From the NCBI GenBank assembly GCA_965202585.1, contig OZ241833.1, forward strand, positions 31,620,001 to 31,684,000: DNA of 64,000 bases, read 5' to 3'. This document shows positions 34,606 to 48,689 of this stretch, piece by piece. Made by a program: the position numbers and the translations under genes. The notes under the pieces were generated by a model. The model was not told the origin of the DNA and searched no databases. It saw only the letters and a program-made list of their open reading frames with translations. This DNA comes from Thalia democratica. Its lineage: Eukaryota. The number at the start of each line of letters is the position of its first letter. The first letter of the stretch is position 1.

Positions 34606-37600
34606 TTCGTTGCAAAATTTAAAAACTTTAATTTGTGAGTAAAAAACAAAAGCAAATTTATTGTTGATTTTTTTTTGTTTTTCTTAAGTTTAAGTTTAAA
34701 TTCAAAATTTCTATGCAACAGAATTGTTAGGATATTGCAAGGAACATTTCATAAAAATTTATAATATTTATCTCAAAAAGTATAAGAGGAGATAGGTTTT
34801 TATTTATGTCTATTTATCCACCAATTCAATTATTTTTACCTCCCATCAAAAATCTATTTAACATAAGTTTATTTATATCAATAATTAGTGTAGCTTAGTT
34901 AAAACTCAACAAAACAAAATTATGTGGTAATTTTTTTTTTATATAATCAAAGTATATCAAGTTAGTATTTAATGGATCTTCAGTAAATGAAGGCCATAGG
35001 AGGTTACACATATTAAAACTAAAATGTATAAACTTTACAAATATTTTAAGATTTATTTAGATTTTAGAGAATATGAGATTTATAATAAAACTTTATTTTC
35101 AATATTTTATTTTTAAAGTTTATAAAAATTAGAAAGAAAAATTAAAAAAGAACTAACCAAAACTTTTAGGAGGAAATAGATTTTTAGTTAAATAGTGGTT
35201 TTTTGCATTTCATATGTAACCTATAGAATTTGTCATACTTAAATTGATTATATTTCAAGAACTACTAGAAGCTTAAATAGCAATGGGTAGCTTGGTTAGA
35301 AATATAAAAAATACAACTAAATTAAATAATTTTACTCCTGTCTCCTAATAAAGTAAACCATACTTTAGTAGCTTACCTATCTTTAACTTTGACAACTTTT
35401 TTTTAACTTAGATAACTATGGAATACATAAAGTATTTTTCATATTTGATAAAATAAGTAATATCTTGGTTTTCCAGTTCTTGAAACTTAAATATTATCAA
35501 TTTATGACTTTTAAGTATCAAGTACTTCTTTTTAGCTTAATTATTTTAAGTAAAATTACCACATAAATATTTACAAAAATCTGTTTACATAATATAGAAG
35601 TCCTTTTTAAAGTCTATTCTTAATAAGTTGAAGTTATTTCAAGTTGAATCATTTAATAACTATAAAGTTTAACCAAAAAACTCAAGTTTTACAAAATACA
35701 GACTGTAAAAAATATAGATCATTTTAAACCAAAAACTTAATTAAAATAAAGTCTTCAATACTACCTAAAGAAATTTTATAACCATATGTGTAGTAACTTT
35801 GCCAAAATTAAAGCTTCTTTTTAGAACTGCATTAAAAAAAGAATATATCAATGAAGTATTTAAACTATTACAGGGTGACCACTGGTTTTTTAGAATTTTT
35901 TTTCAAGTTGTCTAATATGCTTCATGATTTTTGAAGTAAAAGCTTAAATATTCATTTAACTTTAAAATTTAAGTTATGGCAAAAAAAAAACCAAAAGAAA
36001 CTGTAACTTTAATGTGTTTAACTTTAACATTAATGTGTTAATAGTAAACAACAATCAATAAATTAAATTTGAGCAGTTTAATTCAACTAAAAATGTTAAA
36101 TAGGACATCATTGTTTTAAAATGGAATTCTTTGAAATAAAATCATGGTCAATTTTATATGTTAGTTATTTTGTAACTATCAAAACTTCATTATTTTATAT
36201 TTGAAATCATTTAAAACTAGAACTTTTACTATGAATTTTTCCAGGTATTTATTTTTTTCTTAAATTAAAAAATCCATGTTAAAAAACACTTTCAATATTA
36301 TTTAATGCCTTTGTTTATGTTTAATAGGGACTTAATTTTATAGCTTTTGTCTTTCTTTCTGATTTCATTCTTTTAATTTCAAAATACTCAGTAAAAACTA
36401 AACTTCTAAACCAGATATTATGAAATTGATGGTCTTAGAAAAATTTGTCAATATCCAAGTTATTTTTTTGAAAACAAGTACATTTTTTACTTTGTTTAAT
36501 GGATGTTCTACAGAATTTTGTTTTTATTAATTGAGAATAACCAAGTTGTAGTTATTCTAAGTTAATACAAATATTAAGTTTCAAATAAGTACAAAAATAT
36601 AATTACAATTTAAGTTTTGCTCTTGGTAAAATATATTTTGTTGTAGAAAAAAAAGAGCTATTAGACTTTTTTAAATTATTAAGAAAATAAATAACTGTGG
36701 GTAACTTCAATTGTTTTTTAACAATTTTTTTTATTGTTTAAATTTTAAACTTTTTTTTTGAAATTAGTTAACTAAACTTTATCTATAAATTAAAACGAAT
36801 ACCAGCTACCATAAGTGTATTAGATAAAAAAACTGCTGAAAAGTAAAAAGCAATATTTATAAAAAACAAAGATTAAAAAAAAAGTATAATTCACTATAAA
36901 AAAAATTAACAGTAAAGAAAAGAAGCTTATTTCAGTTATAATAAGTCATTAGTGTATGAAAAATTATTTCTGAAAAACAAATTAACTAAAAAAATTATAT
37001 TACCTTACCACTAATACTCAGTTTGATTTGTTGACTAAGAAGTAAACACTGAAATGCATTAATAAGTCATTTTAACTAAAAGATCAGCTGAACATTTTAT
37101 ATTTATTAACATTCTATATAATATTAAAACTGAAAATATGAAAAGGTATAACTTTTAAGTTTGAAAATTTCAAGTGAACTAAATAATAAGATGCAGTCAG
37201 AGAATGAATACTTTGATTGAAAACTAAAATACAACTTTTATTAAAAAAAAGTATTTATCCAATAAAATGCTTTAATGTTATATTTTCATTTTAGGTCATC
37301 AAGTGGTTACAGCTATTACAATCTAGAAATTATTTACTATTAACTACATAATTAGTTATCAATGAAATTACCTATAACTTTTGTTTTTGTTGTTATAATG
37401 TTTTACATTCCCCTTTGCTATGTGAAAAGCTATAGCAGGGCAGTGAGATTAAGAGATACTTCAAGTTAAAATTAGTTTTTTTGAAACATTTACAAATGTA
37501 TTTTCTAAATAATTTTAAAAATCTATGAGCCAGTTTGCATTAATTTTTCTTAAAATTTAACTTGATACAAAGGAGTAATTATTTTTTTGCAAAAATTATC

Positions 37601-40600
37601 ATTATAAGATTATTGCAGTTGATAAGTTTATAATTTTAAATATATTAGTTCTGTGAAAAAATAGTTCTAATGAGAACTAAGTAATTGTTAGAATTTTAGT
37701 TTTATGAGTACAAAAAAAAAATTAAGTTATTAAAAAAATATTCAAGTTTAAGGTTACTTTTGACTGATTGATTAAATTAGCTAAAAATTTAAACAAATCA
37801 ATTTGCTCTATATAAAACCATAAGATTAATTTCAATAATGCCAAATATATGTTTTTTACTTCCAAACTAAATTTGTAAAAGTTGTTACAACGTTATTTTT
37901 GTTGCCATTAAACCACTGTTCCATCAGATAATAAAGTAAAGTAAATGCCTTATGTATTTTTAAGTGAAAACTTTTTGTGTGAATTAACTTGTTGATTAGT
38001 TTTACAACATAAAAACTGTTTGATTTATTTTTTTGGCAAAAGGTTGTTATACTATAAATACGATATGTAACTTTACGTCACACAGTTTTCTACAACTGTT
38101 TCTATTCTAATACACATGAAAGCATAAGTAATTCACATGAATAACACAATTTGTGCAACTTTTAAACGGAGCAAAGGTAAAGTATACCAAAACTTCAGTT
38201 TTAAACGGTTAGGTTACCGTATCATCTAAATAAACGGTTTAATCTAAGCAAAATTCCTTTTTTAAATCTAATTTCTAAAATTGTCGTTTTTATGTTGACA
38301 AATATACCTTGTTTTCAATTAATGGGAATTGGTATATACTATATATTTTTTATTTACATTTTGGTTTCAAATTTTTGTCAACTAAAAGTTTTTCTATTGA
38401 AAAATAACTGAAATAAATTATGCTGGAGTTTTAACAAAGAACACAGTATTATACTATACAAAATAAAAGAAATGCTAAGTTCAGATTAGGTAATAGTATA
38501 AGTTACAGTGTTATACTTTTAAAACGCTCAATGTGTTCAAAAGTTTTAGTAGAAGTTACAACTGTTTTAGTTAGAACAAATGGTTATCTTATGCGATAAT
38601 TTAGTAAATGTAGAACTTTTATAAAAATCTACCTGCACTTTGTTTCACTTCCAGTTAACTTTAATGCGTGGAATAGCAAAGTTACAGTGGTTAAAGTAAG
38701 AAAAATATAAACTTACATTCACAAGGACCAAGCGCTTTTTTAGGCGTCTGTTATTTAGCTACTAAGAAGCCACAAAACGTTTTCAGCGTTCAGCTAAAAG
38801 TCATATCGCTGGTAAAAGTTTTGCTTGGCAGGTTAGCTGAAGTTTGTCAACCCCTGTTAAAAACCTTTATTTTATTTTATACAGTATCCTTTTTTAAGTT
38901 TTTTTGAGCTATTAACTTTTTGTACCTTTCATTTAATATATTTACTCAGTTTAAATTCTTTTAAATATATTAATTTTTTGATTATAAAAAATCAAAAACG
39001 AAATAAATTAATTATTTTGTGTTCAAATAACAATAATACAGGAAGCATAAATATATGTAATGTTATTTTAAGAAAACTTTACTAAAAAATTACTTATTTT
39101 AAAAGCATAATCAAAAAATTTTATAACTTATAAGAATGCTTTTACGATTAACAATGCTGCGATAAATTTTTTATTATTGAAATATTTATTGAACGACTAA
39201 AAAACGCTTAAAATAGTTCGTCTTAGGACCCGGTGTACGAAAAAACGTTTTGATTATCTGTGACTGTGAGTCATAAATATACTTGTGTTTATCAAATGTC
39301 TAAAATAATAAATATAGCTTATCTTTAGCAAATATTTTACGTTTTAGTATTTTAATGCTTACCAAAGATACAATTGAGTAGGCTAAACATTTCGACTGTA
39401 AAACTTTGAGTAAGAACTTAAGTTACTTTCAAAAAGTTTTTTAAAATAGTGACTGTTGTAAAGGACCTAGGAAGTTTACTATTTAAATAACGTTAGTATG
39501 CTTTTCGTTTCATAATAAAAAGTATCTAGCATAATCTTTTTCAAATATTCAACTGATGTTTGTTAGCAAATGTAAACCCTACTTAAGCAAGCCAAGGTAA
39601 AAGCCTTAGAATAGCTGATACTTTATTGTTTTCTTTTAAAGTTTATTTAACTCCTTGTACTACATTTTTATATGCGATTGTATAACCTGTAAACAGTGCA
39701 GCAGGATAACAACTCGTTATGGGTAGTAAAAAAATTTAGTATAAACTATTGTCATATTAAAGTTTTACTTATAAAGAAACGTAACTGCACTGTTTCACCG
39801 CAAAGCGGATTTAAAAAATGTAAATCTTATCTAAACATTTTCATATTACGGTAAAATTCAAAGTTTTATATCTTACTTATTAGATTTTAATTATTTTCCT
39901 CAAACAGCTCACAGAATTCGATCTAAAGTATAGATATAAAAAAGTTTTTATATGATTTTATAGTTAATAAAATAAAAATGTTAAATCCAACTTAAATTTT
40001 ACTGGACTCATATTAACAAAAACTGTCCTTAACTTACAAAGTATAAAACTTTACTGGAAAAAACATTAAAAGGTTTCCGTGGTGTGCGACTCGATAACCA
40101 TAATTTTTTCTGGTAGCAGGTCCTATAACCAAAAATTTTGAGCGTTTTTTATTGTTTAATAAACTGTAATAAAAAGGGTTTCATTTGAAACTGATCGAAA
40201 CATACACTAAAATGAATGCGACATTTTAACAAGTTAACAAACAACATTTCTAATCATTATTGATTTTTCAATTTTTTTTTCAATTTTAACGGTTAGAGTT
40301 ATTTCAGCATGAGTTTCACCCATAAATTCAAGCTAAATTATTATCAAAGTCTGACAGCGTTTGTGTATATACTCATATTAAAAGAATGAAAGATACAAGT
40401 TAAAACAAATAATTTTTTAATGAACTATTTACTGAAGATTTAAGACACTTAATAAAATACAGTCTTAACAGTTTTTTTTTAATTTTCTGTAAACTTTGTA
40501 ACTAAGAAATTATTTTATTGTAGAATTTTGCCTTTAAACAGTATAATTTTATTTTTATACCTTAATTAAACTAGTTATAAGTATATTATTTGTATTATGT

Positions 40601-40793
40601 TATTAAAGTCTTAAATTAAGATTTTATAGATTAGATACAATTGTTTATGGCAGTTCTTCTCAACCTTAAATTACCTCTGCATAGCACATCACAAATCAAA
40701 GTTGTTTGCTACAGAATCTCTTGACTACTGAAAGTGTTATTTTTTAATGAAAATTTGTGTTAATCATTTAAATTGACTCAATTTAAGTACAAT

Positions 40794-41068
40794 AAGATAA
40801 ACTATAATTATTGAAATGCATCTAAAATAAAGATCAATGGATATTCCATTTACATAAAAGTAACATGTTTGCTTAATTTTCTGACAATTTGAAATCTCTG
40901 AAAACAATAGAATTTTAGTGCAATAGTTATAAGATAAACTATAGTTATTGAAATGCATCTAAAATACAAGATCAACGGATATTCTATTTACATAAAAGCA
41001 AGATTTTTGCTTAATTTTCTGACAGTTTGAAACCTCTGAAAACAAAAGACTTTTAGTGCTATAGTTAT
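40794..41068 (+). repeat. Tandem duplication, 2 x ~137 bp
   Basis: Units start AAGATAAACTATA at 40794 and 40931 and align along their length with scattered substitutions. Confidence 0.9.
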
Positions 41069-44000
41069 AAGATATGTTGTAGTAAAATACATGACTCTCA
41101 TATGTTAGCTTTGTTTTATCTATCTAAAGAATACTAAAAATATTTAGCTCAAAAGATTAAAACATTTAAATATGAAGCTGAAACTCTTACTTTAGAACAC
41201 ACTTAAAGCTCATGTAAACTCATATAGCTTGTTTGTTTATAACAGAACGTTTACAAAATTTGACATTCAGAAAATGACGTTTACATTCTTGCAAATATTC
41301 AACAATCAATTTTTTAAGTTAGCACCAGTTCTAAAACGAGATCTTATAAGATAAAAAATTAAACTACTATAAAACCTGTAGGCTGAAAACAATAGAAGTT
41401 TTTAGTAAATTTGCATTTTACAACTAAAACACCAAAATAAGTATGAACATTTATAAGTTTTATCAGAATTAAATACAAAATTAGTTTTTTTTACGAAGTT
41501 TTACAAATTATAAAAAAACATATTGTAGCGTTTCCTTTTTTAATTTACATCAAAAAGGCAAAATAATAAACGTAATAAAAGCTATGAAATAACTATGCTA
41601 TTTCAAATACCTCAAGTTTTTTTAAGCAAGATAAATATAAGTCACATTTAATCTTAGTTTTAAATAAATTATAATTGCAGTTTTGTAGACTATCATTTTT
41701 AAGAAACAAAGAAAGTAAAATAAAAATCTCAGTTAAAAAAATACTAAAGAGCTAATCTCAAAAAGATTAAAACAAAAGTTTGTAGCGTTAAATAAACAAG
41801 TTTTAAACGTTTAAACAAAGGCTTTTAAAAGGTGTTATAAATTCAAAATGAAGTTAAGTGCAAAAACTTTATAAAAATAAATTTTAAAGTTTTAAAGTTA
41901 ATTTCTTTTTTTAATTCGGTGTTTCGAAAGTACTTTAATTAATATAGTATTATTCAAGACACACTTTTGTTTAGTTTTTGTTTTTTATTGACATTTTATA
42001 TTTTAAAGTTAAAATTAATTATTAATTCCGAAAGAAGATACATTTTTTAAGTAAGAAATACTCTACTGCTATGTTAAATTTCTTAGTTATTTTTTAACTT
42101 TGTTCTAAGTTATTTAAAACATTATTACTCGTTAACTATCCATAAGAAAAAGATTAAAAAAAGTTGTCTAAGTTATTTTTTAATTCCTAATTTAATGAAT
42201 AATAAAAATTTTGTTTTGTAAACGACAAACTTAAATAAAATAGTTTGAAATTTATTGTTAAATGCTGTCAATTAGTAAAACTTTAAGTTTGTTTTATAGA
42301 ATAGAAAGTTCAGTAATGTTGAAATTTGTTTAAAAACAATGCATATGTAAATTTCCCGACATCAACTTTAATTTTTTTCAAAATAAAAAATATAGTATAT
42401 AAAAAACAAATATTTTAGAAAACATTAAGCTTGTTAATTAATTAAGTATATTTGCATAAAAACAATCACTAGCATATCTTGTATAAAGTTACAATCAAAA
42501 ATTATATAACAAATACCTATCTATACTTAAATGCCTGTTGTGTTTAAGTTGAAAATAAAAAATTTCAAATTCTAGAGCAAGATGAAGATTTAAGTCCTAT
42601 TTTTTTCTAGATTCATTTTTTACAAATTATACTTTACTAAAAACATTCTTTTGTTTAAATTTTATTCAATTTGAAATAAAATTGTAATACACAAAACTAG
42701 TTTAAGTTTAAATGATGATCTAAAATTATACTTTGAGCTTTACCTATCCGTCGACCTTTAGCAGCTTTATCCAAATAATTCATTTAAGGTCATTCATCGT
42801 TTTATGCACTTAATTATCTTCTCACGAAATTACTAAAACTTTTTCACTCGTTCAAAAGACTACTTAAAGTTCGTCGGTAAAATCAATTAAACTTTTTCTG
42901 ACAAGCATGTTTTGATATTTAAAATATTTATCGTTTCAACTATATTGTAAACAAAATCTTACAACGCTTACATCATTTTTACTAAATCAGTTTTTAAAAT
43001 CAGATGTTTATGCTTATAATTTTGTTTTAACTAGTCTAAAACAACCTCTTTGGTTTCTAGTGTTTTGACTTAGTTATAAAAAGTTTATGATTTCAGATAC
43101 ATTTTAAATAGGCTTTTTTATTACAAAACTAAAGTTAAAGTTGGTATGTTTGAAAATATATTCTATATATTTATTTCTTTTCGACTATTTTTTCTTTACG
43201 TCTGAAAAGCTTCTGGCTTGCGAGGTATATTTATCTATTAAGCATCCAATGTTCAAATAATTTTTTTGTAGCAAAAGTTTAAAAAATAATTTTAATATAT
43301 GACATATAATACTGTTGGATCATGATATCTAATATTTAAGTAATTGAATGCTTATGAATAATCAGTGCTGCTTGTTTTATATTTAATTGGGAGACATTTT
43401 TACTTTTACACACACAAACTTTTATGAAAAATATATTATTTTATACTATGGTGCACCAAGGATTTTTTATATATAACCCGCAAAGAAGCCGTTTCTCATA
43501 AAAAAGCTGATAACCTCTGTTTTAAACATTAAACTCCTAACAAATTGTAAAGTAAAACAATATATGAATGACTAATTAACTGGCTTTGCATCTGATAACA
43601 TTAATGATAGCTATAATCTAAAACGAATGTCCTTAGTAAAGCAAACTTTTTATTTCAAAAGTTTCATAAAAACTAAAAACAAAAACACAACTTGTTTGTT
43701 TTTTATATTTTTTAAAAATTGACGCACTAAAACCTTTAAAGGCTATCTGGTAATGTATAAAAAAAACAATTTTAGGGGTTCAATTGAAATTTACATTATT
43801 TTACATATAAAGTATAAACCAAATATGTACTCTAAGTAACATAAAAGATTAGTTTAATATCTATAAACTATCTCTTTAATCATTACGTATGAACTGTCAC
43901 TTCAAGAAACTTAAACTTTAATTATAGGTAAAAATAAGAAGTTAAAAAACTCATTTTTCTAATAAAAAAATATCATAAATGATCTTTTAAATACTTCAAA

Positions 44001-45749
44001 AAACATGATTCAAAAATTTTAGCTTGCTTTAAAAAAAATTAATTTAAGTTCTACTTTATTATTTTTCAATAACAATAGTAAAAACTTGTTGTTTTAGTAA
44101 ATTAGTAAATTATTGGTTTGTAATAATTTGTTTTAAAGAACAGGAATTTTCCTGACAAACGCAACTTAATTATTGAATTTTTTTAAGTATTAGTCTTTTA
44201 AAAGTTTGTAAGTTGCATTAAAAATGTACCTAAAAGAATTTATAAGAAATTATTTGTTATATACACGACATATTTAATGAGATAAACGTTTTAAAAATAA
44301 ATAAATAAAAACTTCATAAAGCTCAAAGAATATTTAAATGTTTAGAACAGTTCTGAAATAATTCAAAAATTTAAATGCTAAATATCATTTCCATATTTTA
44401 ATGTTATCTAAAATGACAACTAAGCCGTAAATTGTATGTTTTTTGGTCATACATAAAGGTTTTATCTTTATATGAACTTCTAATTTCGTTCAAAATGTGA
44501 TCTAAAAATAAACACAAAGCTCAAGCCGTCGATCAAGTCTTAACAGCTTAAATATAGTATTTCAAAAATTGTCATTAATCCTTTTTTTATGTAATTGACT
44601 TGGTTAAACGTTATTTCCAATAAAATTACCAAAATACTTTTACCTGTTCAATAGACCTCTATAATAAAATTATGGTGAAAAACAGTTTAAAACTGTTTCT
44701 TTCTGGGTATTTCAATATTCAAACAATTTATGAATTAGTTTATGCTGTTAAATAAATTTATCATTGCTTACATAAATACTTTTTGTAAATTTCTAACGTT
44801 AAAAGCTGTATTATTTGTTTAAAGTATTCTAGTAGGAATATATTCTATTAATTTTTTTTAAAAGATTATTTTTAGTATATAACTACTTGACAAGTACATA
44901 CTAATAAATTTCGTAACTGTAGTGATATATTTTTTAATTTTAAACTAACACTAAAGCTTTTTAGCTATATTTTAAGCTTGTTCTAGTCAATGTTAAAAGC
45001 TAAACTACAACTTAATCACAAACAAGCTTTTATTATATCTTAACGTAAGAAAGTTCTTTGTAGTCGAAATCTTTTACAGAAACTTGTGTAAATTGATATA
45101 TTCACTGTTGCTACATGTTTTTATAGTAACTAAAAGGTAAATTAACAACTTATTTTCAAAGTGTAGTATGCTACACAGGGTATAAAAAGTTATGAATTAA
45201 AGCAATGACTTTTGTGGACAAAAAATTTAAGCTGTAAAATCAAAGGAAAAAATCTGCACGATTTACTTTTAATACTTGTTATTTAATCTTAAAGATTAAG
45301 ATTAAGATAAAAAAAAAATTAAGTTTCTAGCTTGATTTTGTGCATAGAAATGCTATTTTGTGACCAGTTTAGGTAGTTCAGATTTCTAACAGCTTTGTGC
45401 TGCAAATTAGAGAAAAAAAGTTAAAACAAGTTTTGTTTTTATTTGATTACTCTATATAATCTGGTTAATTGCTTGTAAACAAACAAAAAAAGCTTACAGT
45501 TAAAATTTAAATCGAGTAATTTTGTCCAGCTAGATAAAAAGTATGCAAAATTTAACAATCAAAACACATTTCAAACTATTAAGTTCAATTCTTCACAAAC
45601 ATTAGTAAAAAGTATATTTAAGTTAAATCCACATGAAGCAATTCGAAAAGGAAGAAAAAATATTTTGTGCTTTTTTTTTCAGGACTTTCTATATTAATAT
45701 GCTAATAAAATTCAGTAATTATAGCAAGTCACATTGTAAAGCACCAGTA

Positions 45750-47461
45750 CAGTAGACTACCGCTTAAGTACGCACTTTTTTTGGTACGCACCCCGCCTTA
45801 AGTACGCACTTATCCAGAAAGACAAAAAAAATCTTTTTTTTTTTCAAAAATTTCAGAATATCTGCAAAAGAAAGGCTAATTTTAATGTGACATAATATAA
45901 AACTACTTACAAATTTTATAAAGTCAAAATTAACATATAAAACGAAACAACAACAAAAAACTAAAGTTAAAAAAAATTAATCAGCATCTTATCATTGTGC
46001 ACTTACACTATAAATGTTTCTACTGATATAAACTTTCTTACAAAAACCATCCTGAAGCGTTTTTCTTTCAAAATAAAAAAATCAAACTTTTCTTAGCTTA
46101 TGCAAAAATATGATAAATGTATTACTACACTTTCTAAATTAAATGTTTAATAAAAATCTCAGCTATAAAAACAAAACACGAGCATAAAGTTATTGTTATA
46201 GGAAAATTTATTAATTTTTCAAAAAACATAAAACTTTAATGTCAATTATTTTCCTTATCTTAAAAGCTATCTAAAATTTTTTTTTTTTATTTTAGAGAAC
46301 GCACCTTTGCCTTTAATTTAAAAAAAAATTATTTAATTTGGGGTTGGAATTATTTCATGGGGTCCCTCCAAAAATAAAGGTTTTTTTTTCGTTTTTTTTC
46401 ATCAAATGGTATTAGAACCAAAAATAAATATTTTTTTATAATTTTTTTTTTGATTTCCCTTAGTTTGCATGTTATAAAAACTCGTAAATAGTTATTTTAT
46501 AAATAATGTTAATATCTTTTACGATTTGGCCCAAAATCAAAATGTAGTATATTACACTATCATTTGCCTTGGCCATTTCTTAGATAAAAAATTGATAAAA
46601 GGAAAAAAAAAGTTAATAAGAATGTGAATATACAACAAATTTAATAAAATTATTTTATTTTAAATAAGTTTGATGTAATTCACATTCTTATTAACTTTTT
46701 TTTTCCTTTTATCAATTTTTTATCTAGGAAATGGCCAAGGCAAATGATAGTGTAATATACTACATTTTGATTTTGGGCCAAATCGTAAAAGATATTAACA
46801 TTATTTATAAAATAACTATTTACGAGTTTTTATAACATGCAAACTAAGGGAAATCAAAAAAAAAAATTATAAAAAAAATATTTATTTTTGGTTCTAATAC
46901 CATTTGATGAAAACAAACGAAAAAAAAACCTTTAATTTTGGAGGGACCCCATGAAATAATTCCAACCCCAAATTAAATATTTTTTTTTTTAATTAAAGGC
47001 AAAGGTGCGTTCTCTAAAATAAAAAAAAAAAATTTTAGATAGCTTTTAAGATAAGGAAAATAATTGACATTAAAGTTTTATGTTTTTTGAAAAATTAATA
47101 AATTTTCCTATAACAATAACTTTATGCTCGTAAACAAAACTACGTTTATTCATTGACTGCCTTTGACTTTCTATATCAAATGTATGTACTAATTATGTAG
47201 AAACTTTTTATAGAAAAAATAAATCATTTTAAAATCTATTAAAAAATTTGCAGATTAGAATTCGTATTAAATGATATTAAATGTTTTGTTTAAAACAAAA
47301 AGACTTGTTTATTTGGCTTAATTATTTGGTAGCTGCTGTAAGAAAGAAAACAAACAACTAAATTTCATATTATACTATGTCGTCAAAAAGTACGCACTAC
47401 CCGTGCTAAGTACGCACTTTTTGGTCGGGTTCAATTTGCGTACTTAAGCGGTAGTCTACTG
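45750..47461. mobile_element. Non-autonomous Tc1/mariner (pogo/Tigger-type) DNA transposon
   Basis: Perfect 25-bp TIRs CAGTAGACTACCGCTTAAGTACGCA (45750-45774 and 47437-47461), flanked by TA on both sides. Subterminal AAGTACGCAC repeats at 45766, 45800, 47388 and 47408. No transposase ORF. Confidence 0.9.
46178..47131. mobile_element. Foldback/Mutator-like long-TIR element nested in the Tc1/mariner MITE
   Basis: Near-perfect inverted arms 46178-46629 and 46678-47131 (about 450 bp each) around a ~48 bp spacer. Flanked by the 9-bp direct repeat AAACAAAAC (46169-46177 and 47132-47140). Confidence 0.88.
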
Positions 47462-48651
47462 TATTTGTGTGTTCACTGTGCCTTGGAATAACAAAACTTT
47501 ATGGTTTGTGATATCTTAAAAAAAACAATTTTAGTGTAACGTTCGTCACTAAAACTTTCTAAAAACTAATCAGCGAGAACATATGATCTTGAAACAACTG
47601 TTGGAAATAAGTTGAACGACTTTACAAACTGCAATACGGTCAATACGGTCAATCAGGTCAATACGGCCTTGCACACATTCCAGTTAGTAGGACTGGATTA
47701 GGCCAAAAGTTGTAAAAATAAAACTGTTATAACCTTGAAGTTGTAGACTGCTTTGAAACTAATAACAAGTTAGAAAAAGATTACTTCAGCACTTTTAGAC
47801 ATGATGATTGTAACAATTTTTGAAAATTTGTCAGTTTTTCTACTATATTAACAAACATTATTAAGCGTATATGAGAAAATAATAATCGAAATTTTAAGCT
47901 ATTTAAATTTACTAAAGCTACTAGAAGATACATTAATAAAAAACTTTACAAAGCTAGCTTTGCTTTTTTTTTATTTTAGACTCTTTTATTAGTCTTTTTC
48001 AATAGTTTAAACGTCTAAAGTCTATCTTTTTATTTTGAAATAAAGTATAAAAATTGATACTAGTAGTTTTCTACAATGTTTCTACAAAAGGAAAATTAAC
48101 AAACTATTTTTAGATAACTTAAAATAGAATATAATTGATTCAAGTTATTTTGATAAACTAGATCATGTGAGACTATGTTTATACATAGAAACATTTAGGC
48201 CATTGATTTTAAGATAAACAAAAAAATAAAGTAAATATTAACTTGTTTGTATTTCTAAACTTAAAGAAGAACTCGTTTCCACCTTTTGGACCGGTTTGTT
48301 ACAAAATTTAGTAATCTCAACATATTTAGTTTATTTTTTTATCAAGCACTTATCTACAAAGAGCTTAAAGTATTTCTTATTAAAACTTTTGGCAAAATTA
48401 AGAACTAACCTTTAATCTTGTTTATTCAATATTGAAAGATTTTCAAGGTTTATTCTTAAATTTTTGTCTTATCTTTAAAAATATCAGTTCAGAAATGTTG
48501 ATTTCAATTCGGTCAAAAACAAGCATTATATGAAAACAAATTAAGATGGTTACTAGTTAGAATTTTTAGATAAACTAAATTCATATTTTAATACCTAAAA
48601 TACTTTAAAAGTTTGCTTTATATCTTTACAATGATTCTCCGTGACTATGTG

Positions 48652-48689
48652 TGCCTGATGAGTCCTAATGAGGACAAAACCAGGTCGCA
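48652..48689 (+). ncRNA. Minimal type I hammerhead ribozyme motif (Penelope/retrozyme-type) with a G12A change
   Basis: TGC-CTGATGA-GTCC[TAATGA]GGAC-AAAAC-CAG-GTC^GCA. Stem I TGC/GCA, stem II GTCC/GGAC, pseudo-palindromic stem III ACC-A-GGT, cleavage triplet GUC. Confidence 0.75.

Noticed and set aside
35870-37315. Possible TIR pair CAGGGTGACCACTGG / CAAGTGGTTACAG
   Set aside because: Complementarity is weak, does not extend inward, and there is no TSD.
38730-38856. Possible hAT terminus (TTTGTCAACCCCTG)
   Set aside because: No partner end or TSD found; too little evidence to call.
47632-47705. CAATACGGT minisatellite plus GC hairpin, as a Helitron end or CRISPR-like repeat
   Set aside because: The repeats are adjacent with no spacers, the hairpin is not followed by CTRR, and the context is eukaryotic.
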